From assembly GCA_963736515.1 (NCBI GenBank), contig CAVTPE010000024.1, forward strand, positions 35,017 to 99,016: 64,000 nucleotides of DNA, read 5' to 3'. Origin of the DNA: an uncultured Acidimicrobiaceae bacterium. GTDB lineage: Bacteria; Actinomycetota; Acidimicrobiia; Acidimicrobiales; RAAP-2. Positions 58,400 to 64,000 of this stretch are shown in pieces. Position numbers and translations under genes: made by a program. The notes beneath the pieces are model-generated. The model was not told the DNA's origin. It worked only from the letters and a program-made list of their open reading frames with translations, and ran no database searches. Numbering within the stretch: the first letter of the stretch is position 1; the number at the start of each line of letters is the position of its first letter.

Positions 58400-58539
58400 G
58401 TTGTCAGACAAGGTCTGTCAGGATGCCGACGATTTCCGGTCTCCCCAGCGGCGATCAACGAAATCCTCAGCTGACTGACCGGTGGGTGTCATCCATCTTC
58501 CTCCTTGACCTTGGGCACCCTGTTCCGGAGACCTTCGGT

Positions 58540-58655
58540 GCGGGCCCGATGCGATCGCATCCGGTGCTCTCGCCGTCGATGTTGACCACGATGCTGCGGT
58601 GCAGCAGGCAATCGAGGGCGGCGGCGGCCACCATCGGGACGTCGAAGATCTTTCC
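58540..58655 (-). mobile_element. IS21-family IstB helper ATPase, C-terminal remnant only
   Basis: The minus strand reads KIFDVPMVAAAALDCLLHRSIVVNIDGES, which resembles the IstB end (...AILDRLLHH..v.i.GESYR). A stop lies immediately upstream and the frame decays downstream. Confidence 0.45.
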
Positions 58656-58809
58656 TCACGAGCCGGCGTCGAGAGTGGTCGTCATGAGGATTCAGCTCAG
58701 GGCGTCACTTTCGTAACCCACGGGCGCGTTCGGTCCCACCCTCGAGCCGCATCGATTTATGCTCGCTGGTCGGGATCAGTGGGGGTTGTGAGGTACGCGA
58801 GGTCCGAAA

Positions 58810-59883
58810 GTGGGTCGGCTGTGGGTGCTGATCGCCGCGTCGATTCCGATCAGTCTGCTGGCTATTTTCACGTCGAGCTGCGCGTCAGCCCACTCGCAAG
58901 GCGAAACCGTGGCGCCCGGTTCCCAGTACGTCGCCATGGGTAGTTCCTATGCAGCCGGTTTTGGCATTGAGCCACAAGTACCTGATGCGGGGAGTTGCGG
59001 GCGCTCCGAACTGGACTATCCGCACCTGGTCGCCGCGAGGCTGAACTTGGAGCTGGACGACGTGAGTTGCGGCGGGGCGGTCACCGCCAACGCTCTCGAC
59101 ACGCCACAGGGTTCAGCTCCCCCACAAATCGACGCGCTCACCTCAAAGACCCGTCTGGTAACGATGACGATCGGTGGGAACGATGTGAACTACGTCGGCA
59201 CTGCCATCGAATGTGGACAACCCAACACGACCTGTGTGGCAACAGCGAATCCGGTCCGGACCAACGCCGCTTTTGAGGCTCTTCCTCAGTCACTCGCCGA
59301 CTTAATCCAGGCCGTGCGTGCGAAGGCTCCGTCGGCCATCATCATGCTCGTCACCTACGTTCGGCTCGTCCCGCCGACTCCGTGCCCGGCACTGCATTAC
59401 ACCCCAGCCGCCACTCGTCTGGTGGCATCAATGGGATCCCGGCTTCAGCGGGTTTTTGTGACCGTAGCCAAGAACGACCATGTTCGACTCGTAGACCCTT
59501 ATGCCATCGGAGCGGCCCATGGCCCTTGTGCCAAGGGGGCGAACAAGTGGGTAGCAGGTCTCGTCGCCACGAACGGCTTTGCGTATCACCCGACGCTTGC
59601 GGGGCATCAAGAGATGGCACGCTTGGTTGACCAGGAACTTGGCTCCTCGAAGTCCCGAAGTCCCGAAGTCCCGAAGTCCCGACGTCCCGACGTCCCGACG
59701 TCCGGTCGGCAGCGGTCGTCGCCGGGGCTCCAGGATGCGAAAATTTCGAAGCCAAAAGCGGCCGGAACTGGCTATTCATCCGTCAGAACTTTCCACCTGC
59801 CCGCCGCACGGGACACAGATTGGATCGCCGTCCGAGGTCATCTGTTGATTGGTACGCATGGTCAGAGGAACATGTGCGTATGA
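58810..59883 (+). CDS. secreted/lipoprotein SGNH (GDSL-like) hydrolase with an extended C-terminal tail
   Basis: Signal LLAIFTSSC. Blocks YVAMGSSYAAG, TIGGNDV and YHPTLAGHQ. The recognisable domain ends near 59640, but the ORF runs through the octamer repeat to 59883. Confidence 0.75.
   Translation: MGRLWVLIAASIPISLLAIFTSSCASAHSQGETVAPGSQYVAMGSSYAAGFGIEPQVPDAGSCGRSELDYPHLVAARLNLELDDVSCGGAVTANALDTPQGSAPPQIDALTSKTRLVTMTIGGNDVNYVGTAIECGQPNTTCVATANPVRTNAAFEALPQSLADLIQAVRAKAPSAIIMLVTYVRLVPPTPCPALHYTPAATRLVASMGSRLQRVFVTVAKNDHVRLVDPYAIGAAHGPCAKGANKWVAGLVATNGFAYHPTLAGHQEMARLVDQELGSSKSRSPEVPKSRRPDVPTSGRQRSSPGLQDAKISKPKAAGTGYSSVRTFHLPAARDTDWIAVRGHLLIGTHGQRNMCV
59648..59703 (+). repeat. octanucleotide tandem repeat (CGAAGTCC)x4 (CGACGTCC)x3
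   Basis: Read directly from the sequence. It lies in the 3' region of the SGNH ORF, and the period is not a multiple of 3. Confidence 0.9.
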
Positions 59884-60257
59884 CAATCAGAAGGGTTCAG
59901 CTGTTCTCTCTCCCCGTCTCAGATCAGGACCGGTCCCGAGACTTCTACTGCGGGGTCCTCGGTTTCGAGGTGATTTCAGACGTTCAAATGGGTCCGGAAA
60001 TGAGATGGGTACAGGTCGCCCCGCCGGGCAGCACAACGTCAATCACCCTTGTGAACTGGTTTCCGACAATGCCAGCTGGTTCAGCCAAGGGAACCGTGTT
60101 GGAGACCGATGACCTTGAAGGCGACATCGCGGATCTCAAAGGTCGGGGCTTCCCGATCGACGGCGAAATCCAAGAAATGCCGTGGGGACGTTTTGTGACG
60201 TTCGATGACCCGGACGGCAATGGGATCGTCTTGCAGGCAACGGCCCTGACCAGTTGA
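59880..60257 (+). CDS. VOC-family (glyoxalase/bleomycin-resistance fold) protein
   Basis: VSDQDRSRDFYCGVLGFEV and PWGRFVTFDDPDGNGIVL. ATGA overlap with the end of the SGNH ORF. Confidence 0.8.
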   Translation: MTIRRVQLFSLPVSDQDRSRDFYCGVLGFEVISDVQMGPEMRWVQVAPPGSTTSITLVNWFPTMPAGSAKGTVLETDDLEGDIADLKGRGFPIDGEIQEMPWGRFVTFDDPDGNGIVLQATALTS

Positions 60258-60397
60258 ACCCCACCGGTCGATCAGGTGCGCATCTCGGTCGTACGCGCGG
60301 AGGTTCCGCAGCAGGATCCGATCGCCTTGGAGCCTCAACGTCGGCCCGACAGTAGATGTGGGTCTCGAAGCGACTCTGCAACGCGACCGTTGGCTTG

Positions 60398-60799
60398 TTA
60401 CCCCTCCCGAGCGGAGTACGAACGACCAGGCCAATAAGGCCACTCTTCGAACCATGAACATCGGCCGTCGGCTTCGAGCTGAAGGATCCACAAGTCCCGA
60501 TATTCCTGGCGGACGGGTTGCCCGTATCGCACCTCAGCCCGAACGACCGCCGTCTGATCGTCGACCGCCACAATCTCGGTGGAGAGCGTAAACGCCTCGT
60601 TTGGCCCATACCGGTCTTCTTCCCACATTCGACCAATGGCGTCGACTCCCACCACCGGCTTCTCGTACGGAGAGTGCAGATAGGTGGCATCGGTCGTGAA
60701 TAGCAACGAAATCTCAGCCGTGCCGGGCGCTCGCCACGCACGCTCGTACCCCTCCACCCACCTGCTCACGGCAGGTCGATCGGTCATCGGCTCCATCAT
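60398..60799 (-). CDS. NTF2-like (SnoaL_2-type) protein
   Basis: VSRWVEGYERAWRAPGTAEISLLFTTDATYLHSPYEKPVVGVDAI. 133 aa. Confidence 0.7.
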   Translation of the reverse strand: MMEPMTDRPAVSRWVEGYERAWRAPGTAEISLLFTTDATYLHSPYEKPVVGVDAIGRMWEEDRYGPNEAFTLSTEIVAVDDQTAVVRAEVRYGQPVRQEYRDLWILQLEADGRCSWFEEWPYWPGRSYSAREG

Positions 60800-60989
60800 G
60801 ACATGGCACCATGAGCAGGGTTCAGTGTCACCGCTATGCAGCCCGTATCGGCGAACGCTGCATCCGTACCGCAGATGTTTTCGCCTCTGCGACGAGGCAG
60901 GGTTAGGGGCAACCTTGCGAAGGTGCGCGCATCGAAAGGAAACCCGGCTGCTGGCACTTCGACGGCGCGCCGCGGATGTATTGATTCAG

Positions 60990-61150
60990 GTCGGAAACCG
61001 ATGTCGATCTCTCGCCAGCCGTGCCCCGGTCAGAGATCGTCGATCGGCGGCTCACCGTCGAGCCAGTCTACTTGGCGACGGTCATCGATCTGGCCAGCCG
61101 CAAGGTGGTGGGCTGGGCGATAGCCGATCACATTTCACGAACTCGACCTC
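60990..61150 (+). mobile_element. IS3-family transposase (rve integrase core) fragment
   Basis: VYLATVIDLASRKVVGWAIADH is the DDE-core block following the first catalytic D region. The flanks are out of frame or truncated. Confidence 0.55.
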
Positions 61151-61210
61151 TAGCAGCGGCTAGTTCGGCCCGGCTTATCCGGCTGTTATGGGGCACCCTG
61201 CTTTCGGGCC

Positions 61211-61864
61211 TCAGTCGGAATGTCCAGCCAACAGAGCGAAGCCTCGCCATCGCCAGAGGCAGTCCACTTGTGTCAATCCGGCTTCACGCATCCAAAGAAG
61301 TTGGTCTTCGATGAGAGAGAGCCGATCTTCGGGGTCATCTTGGGCTCGACCGATCAGATCAAGGAACTGCCGATGAAGCTCAGGTGTTGCGGAGGCAACA
61401 ACCTCGAGATTGACGAACAATCCGTCGTCGGTGAGCTGTTGGGCGATCTCATCGAATAAGGCACGTTTGCGTTCGTCCTCAAGGTGATGAATGGAGAACC
61501 CAGCGACCACCACATCAAAGGACCCCAGCGGTGTCAACGGGTCATCCAAATTCCACTCTCGAACGCTGACCCTAACGTCGCCCCTGAATCGATCTTCAGC
61601 ACGGCCGAGCATGGCAGGCGACGAATCCACGGCTACCACGCGCTGCACACTTTGACGATGCTCGAGTATGAGGGCGGCCAGCCTGCCGTCGCCGCAACCC
61701 AGGTCGAGCACCGAGCAAGGTGAGTCAGGCAGCACCGATATCAGTACGTCCTCGCCTGCGGCGCGCGGTGGCAACCCCCCGATCCGGGTCAGGTACCAAT
61801 CCACCTGGTCGGGATCGCTCCACGAGGACGCCACGGGGTTCTCGGATTTGGGTGTGGATGCCAC
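61211..61864 (-). CDS. class I SAM-dependent methyltransferase
   Basis: VLDLGCGDGRL, VVAVDSSPAML, FDVVVAGFSIHHL. The start is tentative (GTG 61864; the longest ORF starts at 61972). Confidence 0.75.
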   Translation of the reverse strand: MASTPKSENPVASSWSDPDQVDWYLTRIGGLPPRAAGEDVLISVLPDSPCSVLDLGCGDGRLAALILEHRQSVQRVVAVDSSPAMLGRAEDRFRGDVRVSVREWNLDDPLTPLGSFDVVVAGFSIHHLEDERKRALFDEIAQQLTDDGLFVNLEVVASATPELHRQFLDLIGRAQDDPEDRLSLIEDQLLWMREAGLTQVDCLWRWRGFALLAGHSD

Positions 61865-61989
61865 CAACAGATACTGACCGACGGAGCGCCTCGGCGCCCA
61901 TCGTCCCGGCGATCTGGGACACCTAGGACGGCAGGCCATGGCTGCCGTGGGTACGTCCGGGACGGGCGCCACGCCGCCACGAACTGTCG

Positions 61990-63597
61990 GTGTACTGGTG
62001 TGCCTATGGTGCGCTCATGCAGCTTGAGGACTATTCCGGCTTCCTGTCACGTTCGCTCCCAGTCAATATGGACGAGCAGCTCAAGAAGCGTTGGGCGACG
62101 TTCGATAGGACGTCTCTACCGAAACCCCCCGACGAGCTCTTATCCGACGCGATCGCCGTGAAATCGGGTTCAATGCATTACAGCCCCTCCTTCAGAGTCG
62201 ACCAGGTGATGGTGCATGCACAGCCGGAGACCTACCGCCAGCTCGGCCTTCTGTGCCTCGCCGTGCTCTTCCATCCGGATGTCGACGCCGTCGACCTGCA
62301 CCTCAGGTCCCCGCGCACAGAGATCCAAACGATCCGTATTCGCTACCACTCGACGAGGACCTTTCAAGGTGGCCCTCCAAAGCCCCATCCCGCACCGTTT
62401 CACTCGATGCCCCACGTCATGTGGTATTGGATCAAGACAGATCGAAATGAAGTCCTTTCGTTCGACCCAGAGGACCGCCCTTATTTCGTGCTCACAAACG
62501 CGAGCGAGAATCGGCATGACGACGAAAGTCCCAGAAGCCACCTCGTCGGTTTCAGCCGCGACCAGGCCGGGCGTGGTCTTGCCACCGTGGCCACACTCCT
62601 CTTAGACCTCGGGGCACCACAACAGCACAGCAGCTTCGATCTCATGCTGCCCAACATCTGGAACGAGAGGGGCGGTGTCCGCAAGTCAAGTGCCGAACTC
62701 TGCCTGTATCTTCCGACGGACCCCGAGTTCATAGATCCAGGCGGTCAAGAGCACGACATTTCATCCGATCTGCCAGACCGACGCCGGCTCCGCATCTTCG
62801 GTCGCAAGACGGAACACGATGATCAGCCGGTCTCGTCTGGCCCACTTCCGTCGAAACGCGAGGTAGAGCTGGGCAACCCACCGGTCGTCTTGGTGAACCG
62901 ATTCGCGGGACTGACTCAGATCTCGGAGGAGTGCAACTGCGGGCGCTATGACCGCTCCGCACGGCACTTCCACACCGACACCCAAGACACGTCGTGTGAA
63001 GCGTGGCAGATGCTTTCTGCCTTGATCGATGAGGCTGCCGATGACGGTCGAGAGGAGTTTGCGCCGGGCGCCGAGATTCCGAGAGAGCTGTGGAGGCAAA
63101 TCGTCACCCTCCCTCCGTCACTTGCCAAACTCGGCTCCGTCAAGCGGCTGAACCTTTACGGGAGCAATCTCGTGATGGTGCCCCCGGAGATCGGCGAGCT
63201 CAAGAACCTCGATGACTTTCGGCCCTATACCTCTCGTCGACTCCATTGGTTTCCCTTTGAGATCACAAGGTGCACAAGGCTCGTGGATTCGACTGTGAGT
63301 ACGAGGAATATCTACGGGAACTTCAAATACCGCACCCCGTTCCCGCAGTTACCAGCCGAGCTTCCGATCGGCTCCACTCCCGAACGGTGCAGTGTCTGCA
63401 ACAGTCCACTACCTCGCTCCGGCGCTCTCCAGGTCTGGATCTCGCTCCGGGTGGCGACAGACGTTCTCCCCCTCCTGGTGCATTCGTGCTCTGAGGAGTG
63501 CATCCGTGCTCTGCCTACGCCGAGCGAAGGGTATTTGGACCACCCTCACCGAGGCGGACCGGAGCTCGTCCAGCCTGAAGCACATATCCGGCGATAG
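61990..63597 (+). CDS. 535-aa protein: unrecognised N-terminal ~330 aa plus a C-terminal module with short LRR-like repeats and Cys clusters
   Basis: LPPSLAKLGSVKRLNLYGSNLVMVPPEIGELKNLDDFRPYTSRRLHWFPFEITRCTRLVDSTVSTRNIYGNFKYRTPFPQL, with CSVCNSP and HSCSEEC. An alternative start is ATG 62017. Confidence 0.65.
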   Translation: MYWCAYGALMQLEDYSGFLSRSLPVNMDEQLKKRWATFDRTSLPKPPDELLSDAIAVKSGSMHYSPSFRVDQVMVHAQPETYRQLGLLCLAVLFHPDVDAVDLHLRSPRTEIQTIRIRYHSTRTFQGGPPKPHPAPFHSMPHVMWYWIKTDRNEVLSFDPEDRPYFVLTNASENRHDDESPRSHLVGFSRDQAGRGLATVATLLLDLGAPQQHSSFDLMLPNIWNERGGVRKSSAELCLYLPTDPEFIDPGGQEHDISSDLPDRRRLRIFGRKTEHDDQPVSSGPLPSKREVELGNPPVVLVNRFAGLTQISEECNCGRYDRSARHFHTDTQDTSCEAWQMLSALIDEAADDGREEFAPGAEIPRELWRQIVTLPPSLAKLGSVKRLNLYGSNLVMVPPEIGELKNLDDFRPYTSRRLHWFPFEITRCTRLVDSTVSTRNIYGNFKYRTPFPQLPAELPIGSTPERCSVCNSPLPRSGALQVWISLRVATDVLPLLVHSCSEECIRALPTPSEGYLDHPHRGGPELVQPEAHIRR

Positions 63598-63636
63598 AAA
63601 TGATGCATATCCGGCGAACGGGGGCAGGCTGATGCA

Positions 63637-64000
63637 CTAACCCCGCACAGCAGCTGCGACAGCTCGTGCCATCGAGGAATTGAGGGGACCCGAGATCTCC
63701 ATGGCGCCGTCGAATGATGTAAACGAAGCTTGAGTGGGCTGGATGACGGGTGCGCTCACGACCTTCCCACCCACGTCTATCGCCAGGAATTGGTGGAAGT
63801 TTTCGTCGGCGACACGATCCCAGGCAGTCGCTCCACCAGACGTGAGGTGGATCGTCACGATCCACTGACCAGTGCGAACCTTCTGAGCGACGACTGACCC
63901 GACGTTGGCTGCGGACAGCCTCATTTCGGACGGACCCAGAAGGTACCTCTGTCCGCCGTTGATTGCGGGTTTACCCCCGAGTAAGACCACCCTGGTTGGC
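63637..64000 (-). CDS. partial CDS (C-terminal part) with a SecD P1-head-like domain
   Basis: QFLAIDVGGKVVSAPVIQPTQASFTSFDGAMEISGPL resembles the SecD periplasmic head motif (aivLDgkviSAP.I...G...IsG). The ORF runs off the window. Confidence 0.45.
   Translation of the reverse strand, partial: PTRVVLLGGKPAINGGQRYLLGPSEMRLSAANVGSVVAQKVRTGQWIVTIHLTSGGATAWDRVADENFHQFLAIDVGGKVVSAPVIQPTQASFTSFDGAMEISGPLNSSMARAVAAAVRG

Noticed and set aside
57971-58510. The GNAT gene plus upstream mini-ORF as a GNAT-toxin/antitoxin (TacT/AtaT-like) pair.
   Set aside because: The upstream ORF is only 24 codons with no RHH/HTH-like features. The GNAT looks like an ordinary stand-alone acetyltransferase.
60258-60397. 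The minus-strand peptide LRLQGDRILLRNLRAYDRDAHLIDRWG as the N-terminus of a RimJ-like GNAT pseudogene.
   Set aside because: It is only ~25 residues of weak resemblance and runs straight into the VOC gene. That is insufficient evidence.

Overview
High-G+C actinobacterial-type chromosomal DNA. Markers are an Rv2466c-like thiol oxidoreductase, an MptB-like GT-C mannosyltransferase, egtB-egtD, an F420/PPOX-class protein and GYW-DGGIF repeat proteins. An Acidimicrobiia-like origin is only an inference.

I support about 60 protein-coding genes. By eye I saw no rRNA, tRNA or CRISPR array.

Positions 1-57.1 kb are densely packed core-like DNA with many 4-nt start/stop overlaps (ATGA, GTGA, TTGA). This part is dominated by redox and xenobiotic/lipid-type enzymes:
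- 3 P450s (one frameshifted) and 2 BVMO-type flavin monooxygenases
- 2 nitronate monooxygenases and 5 SDRs
- a haloalkane dehalogenase
- 2 sulfatases (one decayed) and a sulfotransferase

It also carries ergothioneine genes, two GT-C glycosyltransferases, several transporters and regulators, an L,D-transpeptidase with a repeat (propeller-like) domain, and a Ser/Thr kinase.

From about 57.1 kb to the window end the G+C drops visibly. This stretch holds IS21 and IS3 remnants, small accessory enzymes (GNAT, SGNH, VOC, NTF2, methyltransferase), an octanucleotide repeat, and a 535-aa protein with an unrecognised N-terminal region plus an LRR/Cys-cluster C-terminal module.

At least five otherwise recognisable genes are interrupted by single-nucleotide frameshifts, several of them in G/C homopolymers. 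One arylsulfatase also appears to have a large internal deletion. This means either real gene decay or indel-type assembly errors.

I found no complete, clearly novel multi-gene system that I can prove from sequence alone. The best candidates for follow-up are listed in the findings.
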